A stretch of 64,000 nt of DNA from Candidatus Shapirobacteria bacterium. GTDB lineage: Bacteria > Patescibacteriota > Microgenomatia > UBA12405. Numbering within the stretch: position 1 is the stretch's first letter; the number at the start of each line of letters is the position of its first letter. The DNA is taken from NCBI GenBank assembly GCA_041661765.1, contig JBAZTV010000001.1, positions 71,755 through 135,754 of the forward strand, in the 5' to 3' direction. Both the position numbers and the translations under genes were made by a program. Under the pieces are notes generated by a model. It saw nothing but the letters and a program-made list of their open reading frames with translations, ran no database searches and had not been told where the DNA came from. Positions 55,894 through 64,000 of the stretch are shown here, piece by piece.

Positions 55894-57109
55894 ATTATGG
55901 GAATTAGTTAAAGAAAGTATTAATACTCTTCGACTCAATAAAATGAGAACTAGTTTAGCTGTTTTGGGAATTATTATTGGCATCGGTAGCGTCATCGCTC
56001 TTATCTCTATTGGTCAATCAAGCCAAAAATCTATTACTTCCAGAATTCAAGCCCTGGGTACCAACCTTTTAACTGTTTCCCCCGGATCACAAAGTTCTGG
56101 TATGGTCCGAACTTCTACTGTCAGAAAAACATTAACTCTTGCCGACGCCGACGCTCTCAAAGCCGCTAAACTCACTGCTGTGAGTGCAGTTTCTCCAGAA
56201 TATTCCAGTCGTCTCCAAGTTATTGCCGGAAATAATAATACTAACACCACTATTTACGGAGCCACTTCTGCCTATTCCGGTATTCACAATATCACCATTG
56301 CTTCAGGTCGATTTATTACCGTCAGTGATTATAATTCTCGCAGTCATGTCGCCGTTTTAGGCCCCACTGTTGTTACTGATCTTTTTGGCAGTTCCAGTTA
56401 TAACCCAGTTGGTGAAATTATCCGTATCAATGGGTTAAATTTCACTATTATTGGCGTCACCGTTGCTAAGGGCTCATCTGGTATGTCTGATTCAGACGAT
56501 GCCATTTATGTTCCTCTTTCTACTGCCATGAAACAACTTTTTGGTGTCACTTATTTATCATCCATTGCTGTCGAAGCAGTCAGTAGTGACGTTATGATTC
56601 AAGCCCAAAATCAAATCGGTTATTTTTTATTAGCTCGTCACAAAATTACAGACACCACCAAAGCTGATTTTTCCATTCGCTCGCAAGAAGAAATTTTATC
56701 CACTGCTTCTAGCATCACTGGTACCTTCACTTCACTTCTTTCCGGTGTGGCTGCCATTTCTCTAATTGTTGGTGGCATAGGTATAATGAATATTATGTTA
56801 GTCACTGTCACCGAAAGAACCCGAGAAATTGGATTAAGAAAAGCTCTTGGCGCTAAAAAGAAAACTATCATCGCTCAGTTTTTAACTGAATCAATTATTC
56901 TCACTTTTACTGGTGGAATTTTAGGGGTAATTTTAGGCATCTTAAGTTCTTATTTTTATTCTCGTATCAATTCATCAATTTTTACTATTTCTCCGTATTC
57001 TGTTCTATTAGCTTTCAGTGTTTCGGTGGTAATTGGTATTATCTTCGGTTGGTATCCCGCAAAAAAAGCCGCCAGCCTCCAACCAATTGAAGCTCTTCGA
57101 TACGAGTAA
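55886..57109 (+). CDS. ABC permease (MacB/FtsX type)
   Basis: R..L..LGIIIG, GIGIMNIML..VTERTREIG.RKALGA, P.EALRYE. Confidence 0.95.
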   Translation: MIELWELVKESINTLRLNKMRTSLAVLGIIIGIGSVIALISIGQSSQKSITSRIQALGTNLLTVSPGSQSSGMVRTSTVRKTLTLADADALKAAKLTAVSAVSPEYSSRLQVIAGNNNTNTTIYGATSAYSGIHNITIASGRFITVSDYNSRSHVAVLGPTVVTDLFGSSSYNPVGEIIRINGLNFTIIGVTVAKGSSGMSDSDDAIYVPLSTAMKQLFGVTYLSSIAVEAVSSDVMIQAQNQIGYFLLARHKITDTTKADFSIRSQEEILSTASSITGTFTSLLSGVAAISLIVGGIGIMNIMLVTVTERTREIGLRKALGAKKKTIIAQFLTESIILTFTGGILGVILGILSSYFYSRINSSIFTISPYSVLLAFSVSVVIGIIFGWYPAKKAASLQPIEALRYE

Positions 57110-57110
57110 T

Positions 57111-57142
57111 TTCAGGTTCACTTCAGTTTAATTTTTTATTAT
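57111..57142 (+). promoter_or_regulatory. TTCAG-N6-TTCAG box and -10-like hexamer
   Basis: TTCAG at 57111 and 57122; TATTAT at 57137. Confidence 0.6.
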
Positions 57143-57180
57143 CAATTAATTATTAATTATTAAATCTCCCTTTCTTTAAT

Positions 57181-57657
57181 ATGAAAAACCTAAAACAAAT
57201 GTTTCCCATTTCCACTATTATTATTTCTTTAATTGCTCTCTCCATTGGTTTTACTGGCGGTTTTATTTATCAAAAAAGTAAAACACCATCTTTTGCTCGA
57301 AATGGTCAATTTCAAATGGCTGGCGGTAATAATTCCAACCGGATTGGCAATAAAGGTAGTACTGGTAACCAAATGGTTGGCCAAGGTCAAAGATCTTTTG
57401 CTAAAGAAACTATCGGTGAAATTACCAGTGTTGATTCCTCATCTATTACTGTCAAAACTAACGATGGCAGTTCTAAAATTATTATGATTTCTGATTCCAC
57501 CACTGTTAATCAAGCAACTAAAGTTGATAAAAACAGTCTTAAAGTTGGTTCCCAAATTTCAATTTCTGGTGATCAAAACACTGATGGTACTGTCACTGGC
57601 AAAATCATTAATATTAATTCTGCCACTACTACTATCACTCCTGTGACTAAAAATTAA
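57181..57657 (+). CDS. Membrane-anchored OB-fold-like (DUF5666-like) protein
   Basis: TM, GEI.SVD..SITVK..DGSSKII, LKVG, DGTVT. Confidence 0.7.
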   Translation: MKNLKQMFPISTIIISLIALSIGFTGGFIYQKSKTPSFARNGQFQMAGGNNSNRIGNKGSTGNQMVGQGQRSFAKETIGEITSVDSSSITVKTNDGSSKIIMISDSTTVNQATKVDKNSLKVGSQISISGDQNTDGTVTGKIININSATTTITPVTKN

Positions 57658-57682
57658 ATATTTATTAATTTTTAATTAATTT

Positions 57683-57709
57683 AAAACCCTCCAAATTTCG
57701 GAGGGTTTT
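57683..57709 (+). terminator. Hairpin/terminator, possibly derived from the repeat family
   Basis: aaaaccctcc-aaatttc-ggagggtttt; shares aaatttcggagg with the copy at 52709. Confidence 0.6.
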
Positions 57710-57750
57710 AACTCAGCCGTTAATTTGGTAAGATTAAAAACTGTTTTTAT

Positions 57751-59169
57751 ATGATTAATAAAGCCAAAAATATTATTAAAATGCCCATTTTTAGGGCACT
57801 TTTTACTCTAGCTATTCCAATTATCATGGCCAATCTTTTTCAGGCCATGTATCAAATGACCGATTCTTTTTGGGTTGGTCGTCTTGGAGGCACTGCTCTT
57901 GCTGCTGTTTCCATTTGCACTCCAATTATTTTTCTTACAGTTTCCATTGGAATTGGTTTTGCTATGGCCGGATCCACTTTTGTTGCTCAATATTTTGGAG
58001 CCAAAAATAATAAAATGGTCAGTCATGCTGCTGCCCAAACTATTTTAATGATCCTTTGTACCTCTTTTGTTTTTAGTGTTTTAGGTTTTATCTTTGCTCC
58101 GCAGATTCTTCATTTTATTGGTGCTAATTCTGAAATTTTTGGCATGGCATTAGCTTTTTTAAGAATCTCTTTTATTGGTCTTATTTTTAATTTTTCTTTT
58201 TTTATTTTTCAAGCCATCATGAGAGGAATTGGTCGTCCCCAAATTCCCGTCTATATCGTCATTGCCACTGTTTTACTAAATTTTATTCTTGATCCAATTT
58301 TAATTTTTGGATTCGGTTCAATCCCGTCTTTTGGCCCTGCTGGTGCTGCTATCGCCACTCTTTTAACCCAAACCATTGCTGCCGCCTCAGGTTTTATTAT
58401 TCTTTTTGGTGGGCGACATGGCATTCATTTAAAAATCAGTGATTTTAAGCCAGATTTTAAATTTATTAAAAAAGCTTTTAAAATTGGTTTACCTTCATCA
58501 ATTGAACAATCATCCCGTAATTTAGTTATGGTTTTTATGACATCTCTTATTGCTGGTTTTGGTACCACTGCTGTTGCCTCTTACGGAGCTGGTTCAAACA
58601 TTATTCAAGTGGCCATTTTTATTGCCATCGGACTATCTGTTGCCAATGGAACTTTGGTTGGTCAAAACATTGGAGCTAAAAACATTAATCAAGCCATCAA
58701 AGCCTCCAAAATCAGTGCTTTTGTTGCTTTTACTTGTTTATCATTTTTAGGAATCATTATTTTTATTTTTTCCCGACAGTTTGTTTCTTTTTTTGTCCCC
58801 AACGATTTTGCTGTTATCAAAGAAGCTTCTAATTTTATTAAAACCGTTTCTCTTAGTTTTGGTTTAGTTGCACTCCAGATGTGTTTTAGCAGCGTTTTTA
58901 ACGCCGCTGGTCAAACCAAAATCACCATGTTTATTACCATTTTTTCCCAATGGTGCATTCAAATTCCTTTAGCTTACTTTTTATCACAACACACCACTCT
59001 CGGCATTCAAGGCATTTGGTTAACTTTTCCCATTACTAATATTTTTAACAGTATTGTCGCTTTTATCTTCTATTCTCGTGGATCTTGGAAAAAAACCAGA
59101 ATTATTGAAGAAGACAAAACTGTTGGTCAAGTTTCCGAAGAGACCATAGTTGAAGAGGGTATTCATTGA
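57751..59169 (+). CDS. MATE efflux transporter
   Basis: LAIPI, D.FWVGRLG, QYFGA, N.ILDP.LI, GAAIAT, GQNIGA. Confidence 0.93.
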   Translation: MINKAKNIIKMPIFRALFTLAIPIIMANLFQAMYQMTDSFWVGRLGGTALAAVSICTPIIFLTVSIGIGFAMAGSTFVAQYFGAKNNKMVSHAAAQTILMILCTSFVFSVLGFIFAPQILHFIGANSEIFGMALAFLRISFIGLIFNFSFFIFQAIMRGIGRPQIPVYIVIATVLLNFILDPILIFGFGSIPSFGPAGAAIATLLTQTIAAASGFIILFGGRHGIHLKISDFKPDFKFIKKAFKIGLPSSIEQSSRNLVMVFMTSLIAGFGTTAVASYGAGSNIIQVAIFIAIGLSVANGTLVGQNIGAKNINQAIKASKISAFVAFTCLSFLGIIIFIFSRQFVSFFVPNDFAVIKEASNFIKTVSLSFGLVALQMCFSSVFNAAGQTKITMFITIFSQWCIQIPLAYFLSQHTTLGIQGIWLTFPITNIFNSIVAFIFYSRGSWKKTRIIEEDKTVGQVSEETIVEEGIH

Positions 59170-59242
59170 ATAAACTTTACATATACGTAAAATTCGTCTA
59201 ATATTAATTTGTTAGTTATTTTACAAAGGGAGGTGTATTTTA

Positions 59243-59443
59243 ATGAAAAAAAGTCCTTTATATGTTTTTTGTCTCATTCTTATCATCGTCGGTGGACTCA
59301 ATTGGGGTTTAATTGGTCTTTTTAATTATGATCTTGTCGCCATGATTTTTGGAAATATGTCCTTTTTATCTCGACTAGTTTATGACCTCGTCGGTTTATC
59401 AGCGGTTTATATTCTATTTTTTCTTTTTAGCGACAAAAAATAA
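59243..59443 (+). CDS. DUF378 small membrane protein
   Basis: GGLNWGLIG.F..DLV..IFG...SR.VY.LVG; GGAGGT RBS. Confidence 0.9.
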   Translation: MKKSPLYVFCLILIIVGGLNWGLIGLFNYDLVAMIFGNMSFLSRLVYDLVGLSAVYILFFLFSDKK

Positions 59444-59449
59444 AAAAAA

Positions 59450-59494
59450 CTCCCCCGGTCCCTCCTTGTCCAAGGAGGGACTTAGGGTTGATTT
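59450..59494 (+). repeat. Dispersed palindromic repeat (subtype B) between convergent genes
   Basis: ctcccccggtccctccttgtccaaggagggacttagggttgattt. Confidence 0.75.
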
Positions 59495-60258
59495 TATATT
59501 TCCCTTCTTCTTTCCATTACCGATTTATAACCCAAATCAATTAAATACTGATAATTCTTTTTTCTAAAATCTAAAATAAAAGTTTTATCATCGTCCAAAG
59601 TTAAATAAATTATTTTTTTATTAATATCCCTAGCTTTTTGTAAACTATTACTTCGTTGCAACATCGCAAATGATGAATATAAAATATCAGCACCCAAACT
59701 TTTTTCATTCACTTTTTTAATCGGTCCAGTAATATCTGAAATCAATATTTTATTTGAATTTTTAATTAAAGTAATTGGAATATTATTAGTAACTCCGCCG
59801 TCAACCAAAAATCTATCCTGATATTTAAGTGGGGGAAACACCCCAGGAATTGATATCGAAGCCATTATTCCTGGAAAAATTCTCCCTTTTTCAAAAATTA
59901 CCTCCTGATTATTATTTATATCCGTTGCATTAAATCTGGTTTTAATTTTCAATTCATCAAAATCATTAGCTTTAATATGACTTTTCAAAAATTTTTCCAA
60001 AACTCCATCAGATTTTTTAACTCCTCCCAAGACCATTTCTTGAACTAATTTAAAAAAAACCAACTCACTTGCCACTTTTTCAAAATCAATTTTAGGATCA
60101 GCCGCATACATTAATCCAATCACTGCTCCAATCGATGTCCCGCTGATTTCATTTATTTTCACCCCCATTTCTTGAAGTCCTTTAATCACTCCCATATGAA
60201 AAAACCCCCTCGCTCCGCCACCTCCCAACACCAATCCAATTTTATTTCTATTAAACAT
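59494..60258 (-). CDS. Patatin-like phospholipase
   Basis: GGGGARG, GTSIG, DGG. Confidence 0.93.
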   Translation of the reverse strand: MFNRNKIGLVLGGGGARGFFHMGVIKGLQEMGVKINEISGTSIGAVIGLMYAADPKIDFEKVASELVFFKLVQEMVLGGVKKSDGVLEKFLKSHIKANDFDELKIKTRFNATDINNNQEVIFEKGRIFPGIMASISIPGVFPPLKYQDRFLVDGGVTNNIPITLIKNSNKILISDITGPIKKVNEKSLGADILYSSFAMLQRSNSLQKARDINKKIIYLTLDDDKTFILDFRKKNYQYLIDLGYKSVMERRREI

Positions 60259-60297
60259 ATCTAATTATAATTTTTTTATTAAAAACTGAATTAATTT

Positions 60298-61401
60298 TTA
60301 ATTTATCCTAAAATCTTGTTGTTCTACTGATATTTTATTAATCTGAGAATCATTTATCGACTGAGCCAAATTATTGACTATTTTATTCAAAGCATCAGTT
60401 TCATTACTAATTTTTTTAAAACGATCAACTTCTCCAATTCTTTGCCAAGAGGGATCATTATAAACCACTGGCTCGTCAAGTGATTTTTTAAATTCTTTAA
60501 TAGTTTTTGTTTTTCCCGTTTTTAAAGCATCTAAAAACAATCTCATGTAAAATTCAGAATCTTCCATACCTTTAATCGAATAAGTCTTGTTTCCAGATTT
60601 CAAAGGTCTTTCTTTACCATCACAAAGAGGATTAAAACCACCAAAATCGATTAAATCCGTTAAAGGAACCAAGCTCAAAGTGTTTCTCATTGCATAGACT
60701 AATTCAAAAAGATTACTATTCATTGGTTCTCTCATCATAACCTTAAACTTTTCCCATAATTTATTTTGATCTAACTCAAAAGGTGGTTTGTCTTCAGAAG
60801 TTTTTCTAACTGTAAATACATATTTTTGTTCATCAGATAGTCTTTTCATTTTTTCAACTTCCTCTTTTTCTATATTTGCATCAAACGACATACTCAACAT
60901 TTTTATGTTTTTCGTATCTATCTGTTTTTCTTTAGCAATTTCATTCATTAAAGCCACTCCCACATTTAATCCAGAAGTCCAAGAATATCCTTTAATCCGC
61001 AATGGTAGCACCGGAACACTATTTTTTCTTTGTTTATTTGCTTCTAATAAACTATTCTCGGTCATATTATCTTTATCCTGATCATAGTTAATTGCCAAAA
61101 TTACCCCTCGCAAACCAGGCAATGATTCTTTAATATCGTCAACTCGATCAAGCATTTCTGCTACTGATTTCTCATCTTTATTCCAACATCTAACCACCGC
61201 AAAAATAACAGGTTCTTTATTTTTACCAGAATTCTCAACTGAATTAATAAAATCTGGAAAAATTCTTTTAGTCGCATCTGAAATTTCAATACTAGGGTAT
61301 TCGCCTGGAAAATCTGTTATTTCTATTTTTTTCTTATATTCTTCAATATTTGGCTGTTTTAGTTCAAACTCTTGATTAGATGAACCTGTTTCTAATGGCA
61401 T
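60298..61401 (-). CDS. Hypothetical protein, possibly a divergent GT-A (GT2) fold
   Basis: VVRCWN, GLNVG, MSFDA, GGFNP, MEDSE occur in the order of GT2 motifs. Confidence 0.45.
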   Translation of the reverse strand: MPLETGSSNQEFELKQPNIEEYKKKIEITDFPGEYPSIEISDATKRIFPDFINSVENSGKNKEPVIFAVVRCWNKDEKSVAEMLDRVDDIKESLPGLRGVILAINYDQDKDNMTENSLLEANKQRKNSVPVLPLRIKGYSWTSGLNVGVALMNEIAKEKQIDTKNIKMLSMSFDANIEKEEVEKMKRLSDEQKYVFTVRKTSEDKPPFELDQNKLWEKFKVMMREPMNSNLFELVYAMRNTLSLVPLTDLIDFGGFNPLCDGKERPLKSGNKTYSIKGMEDSEFYMRLFLDALKTGKTKTIKEFKKSLDEPVVYNDPSWQRIGEVDRFKKISNETDALNKIVNNLAQSINDSQINKISVEQQDFRIN

Positions 61402-61437
61402 AGGTTGTTTATAACATAATAGTATGATTAAGTTCTA

Positions 61438-63678
61438 TCATTTTTCTTTTATTTCAAATTTTCCGTATTTTTCTACAGTTGTGTAATTATCTAAAATATA
61501 ATTATTTATTAATTCCAATTTATCTGCTCCCAGCCCTCCAAAACTCATATCTGAATTGTAAATTATTATTGTTTTTTCATCTTTTTTCAAATCATCAATC
61601 ATCTGCGTCTGATAATCATTAGTAAAGAAACCATAAGGAGTATCAATTTTAGTCGCATTTTTCTTGTCAGCCAAAAAATAAATTTCTGGCATCCAAGGAT
61701 AGGCAAATATTTTTTTATCCGGCGAAGTTTGCGAAATATAATTTATTAAATTATCCATATTCGCTGTTTCAGTTCCTTGATCAACGGCTATTCCAAATCT
61801 TGGACTTTGATAGTTCTTAGAAGTTCCTGGAATTTTTCCATAAGATTGAATTTTTTCCACTTGTCCATACAAAAAATAATCATTAAATCCATCTCGGTTT
61901 AAAATCATGGCAAAAACCAGAAGAGTTATACCAAAAACTATAGATGGCTTCTGGTAAAATTTTTCAACTATTTGGCCAAACAAAATTAAAGCAATAATTA
62001 TCAGCGGCAATAAATGCCACCAGTCTGATCGACCCAAAGCACTTCTAAATAAAACCAAACCAATTAAACTTAGAATTATAAAAATGCCATTCTTTGAATC
62101 TTTTTTTTCTCCTTTAAAATAAAAATAAATTCCTAAAAAAAATGAACCAATAATTACTATTTGGCTAAATTGCCACCACATTTCCATTGAACCCAAAAAA
62201 TCATTAACAGCTCTCCAGTCTAAAAGTGGTAGAAGTTTAGTTCTATCGATTGCCAAATTAAAATAACCGTCAGTAAATGCTTTGGAATAATAAGTTAATT
62301 GAGTAATCATCTCCCACAGTGATTCTTGGTAAAGAAGCACTCCAAATATTGGAATGATTACTATTAATAGTCCACCAAAATAATTTAATAATGGTTTTAT
62401 TATTTTAATATTTTTAGTTATAACCAAAAAGGCACCGATTGATAACAGTGATACTATTCCCACTTCCAAACTAACAAATATTGACAATCCACTGGCTATT
62501 CCCGCCCAAATTAACCACCGATTATTTTTGAACTTTAAATAATTAAATAATGGAATTAATGGTAATAATCCCATCGCCAATCTAATTTCGGCATTATTTT
62601 TAGTTAAACCGCTACTTATTCCCATAATCATAGCCAAGATTATTATCTGGCCTATTTTATTGTTGATAACTTTTTTAATTAGCAAATAAAAAATAAAATA
62701 AGCCACTATCTGCATCAAATGAAAAAAGAGTTTCATATTAGCCACACTCGCTCCGGTTATTAAAACAAAATATTTAAGCAGCCAAGCCAATAATGGTGGG
62801 TGATAGGCTAAAAAATCTTTATACATTACTTCTTTGTTTAAAAGATGCTGTAACCATCCCAACCAAAATCCTTCTTCAACTGGATCTAATGTTGTCCAAT
62901 AATACAAAGGATTAAAAGCTACTAGAGTAATTAGTACAAACGGATACATTTTATAAATTAGTTCAGTTATTTTTTTCTTATTTTTAAATTTAATTAATTC
63001 TGTCAAAACTATCATGACCGCCGTTATTACTAATAAAATTAAAAGCCAGCTAAAATTTCCTGGTCTAAATATAAAAAAACTTAAAATTACATGACTTGGA
63101 TTTGATAAAAAATTAAATGGTAGCAGGTGGTAAATTAAAGGCATTAGTACTAATATAAATAGCGGTAAAATTAGGGAATAATTAAATTTTTGAACCAACT
63201 GCATCATTATTAAACCAACAAAAATGCCATTGATTAATAATCGACTGTCGAATTTTATAGTTTTATTTTTTCTCTTAAATAAAACCATTGTCCAAAAAAT
63301 AATTTGAAACAATACAAAAAAAATCAACATTAAACTACCTGAAAAACCAACAAAATTAGCCTGGGTAAAAAACAAGAGAGAAGCTATAAAATAAAACCAA
63401 TCATAAAAAGGCTGTTTTTTTTGACGTTTTTTTAATAAAAAAATAGTTATACCAAACAATACTGCCATTATTAAAATAAGCAGTCCATATTCAATCATGT
63501 CGATTGATTTTGCCTGGGCCAATTCCAAAGAAAAAGAGGGAATTGTTTGTAGAGAAGATTGAGAAAATATATTTATCGAACCAAATTTACTGATTAAATA
63601 TAAAATTACTTTATCCAAACCCAAGGAGAAAAAAAGTATTCCCAAAAAAAGCCCAATAGTCATCCCAAAGTTTAACAA
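61438..63678 (-). CDS. Large polytopic membrane protein, GT-C-like glycosyltransferase candidate
   Basis: More than 15 TM; EEG...YKDF...HPPL luminal loop motif; C-terminal soluble domain. Confidence 0.6.
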   Translation of the reverse strand: MLNFGMTIGLFLGILFFSLGLDKVILYLISKFGSINIFSQSSLQTIPSFSLELAQAKSIDMIEYGLLILIMAVLFGITIFLLKKRQKKQPFYDWFYFIASLLFFTQANFVGFSGSLMLIFFVLFQIIFWTMVLFKRKNKTIKFDSRLLINGIFVGLIMMQLVQKFNYSLILPLFILVLMPLIYHLLPFNFLSNPSHVILSFFIFRPGNFSWLLILLVITAVMIVLTELIKFKNKKKITELIYKMYPFVLITLVAFNPLYYWTTLDPVEEGFWLGWLQHLLNKEVMYKDFLAYHPPLLAWLLKYFVLITGASVANMKLFFHLMQIVAYFIFYLLIKKVINNKIGQIIILAMIMGISSGLTKNNAEIRLAMGLLPLIPLFNYLKFKNNRWLIWAGIASGLSIFVSLEVGIVSLLSIGAFLVITKNIKIIKPLLNYFGGLLIVIIPIFGVLLYQESLWEMITQLTYYSKAFTDGYFNLAIDRTKLLPLLDWRAVNDFLGSMEMWWQFSQIVIIGSFFLGIYFYFKGEKKDSKNGIFIILSLIGLVLFRSALGRSDWWHLLPLIIIALILFGQIVEKFYQKPSIVFGITLLVFAMILNRDGFNDYFLYGQVEKIQSYGKIPGTSKNYQSPRFGIAVDQGTETANMDNLINYISQTSPDKKIFAYPWMPEIYFLADKKNATKIDTPYGFFTNDYQTQMIDDLKKDEKTIIIYNSDMSFGGLGADKLELINNYILDNYTTVEKYGKFEIKEK

Positions 63679-63699
63679 ATTATAGTGATAAAGTTAACC

Positions 63700-64000
63700 T
63701 TAACCAAAAAGCTGAATTACTAATCCCGATAAAACACTGACTCCATACAATATAGCCAATACTTTAAAAAATATATTTTTATTTTTTTCTTCTCGATATA
63801 GAATTAACAATCCTAAACCAGCACTAGCCAATAAACCTGCAACTGCTGGTCCTAAGCCTATTATGTTTTTTAAAAATAATTCAGTTATTGCCACTGAAGC
63901 AGCACAATTTGGAATTAATCCTATTGTCGCTGCCAAAAATGGTTGCCAAAATATATTTTTAGTAAAAAAGTCATTTAAAAAAGTTTCACCTAATTGAAAA
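63700..64000 (-). CDS. Putative manganese transporter/permease, C-terminal part (5' end outside the window)
   Basis: QPFLAATIGLIPNCAASV, AGL...AG.GLL. Confidence 0.7.
   Translation of the reverse strand, partial: FQLGETFLNDFFTKNIFWQPFLAATIGLIPNCAASVAITELFLKNIIGLGPAVAGLLASAGLGLLILYREEKNKNIFFKVLAILYGVSVLSGLVIQLFG

Noticed and set aside
112-59494. Palindromic repeats as CRISPR or integron attC arrays
   Set aside because: Copies are dispersed rather than regularly spaced, lack GTTRRRY ends, and no cas or intI gene is visible.

Overview
Very AT-rich bacterial chromosome segment. Gene content is typical of Patescibacteria/CPR (probably a Microgenomates-type lineage; this is inference). It contains housekeeping and stress genes (trxB, mutM, an Rrf2/IscR-IscS fusion with iscU, queH, an archaeal-type tyrS, Hsp20, rubrerythrin, MATE, a two-component system with a MacAB-like exporter, tRNA-Ser(GGA)) and three very large secreted or surface proteins. 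The most striking locus is 30556-34564 on the minus strand. It reads: OmpR regulator, an unannotated 37-aa peptide with a strong RBS and a near-C-terminal Trp (...AEPWEQII), a multi-TM histidine kinase, and a fused class II terpene-cyclase/class I prenyltransferase-fold enzyme. This resembles a ComQXPA-like peptide-prenylation signalling system with an added cyclase, which is a hypothesis rather than a demonstrated function. Directly downstream is a duplicated cassette of Cache and substrate-binding sensors with no output domains, bracketed by two giant surface proteins. Also seen: about 10 copies of a short palindromic repeat, all in one orientation and six of them in frame inside genes; att-like repeats and decayed genes beside tRNA-Ser; an IscR-type operator; and three TTCAG-N6-TTCAG boxes.
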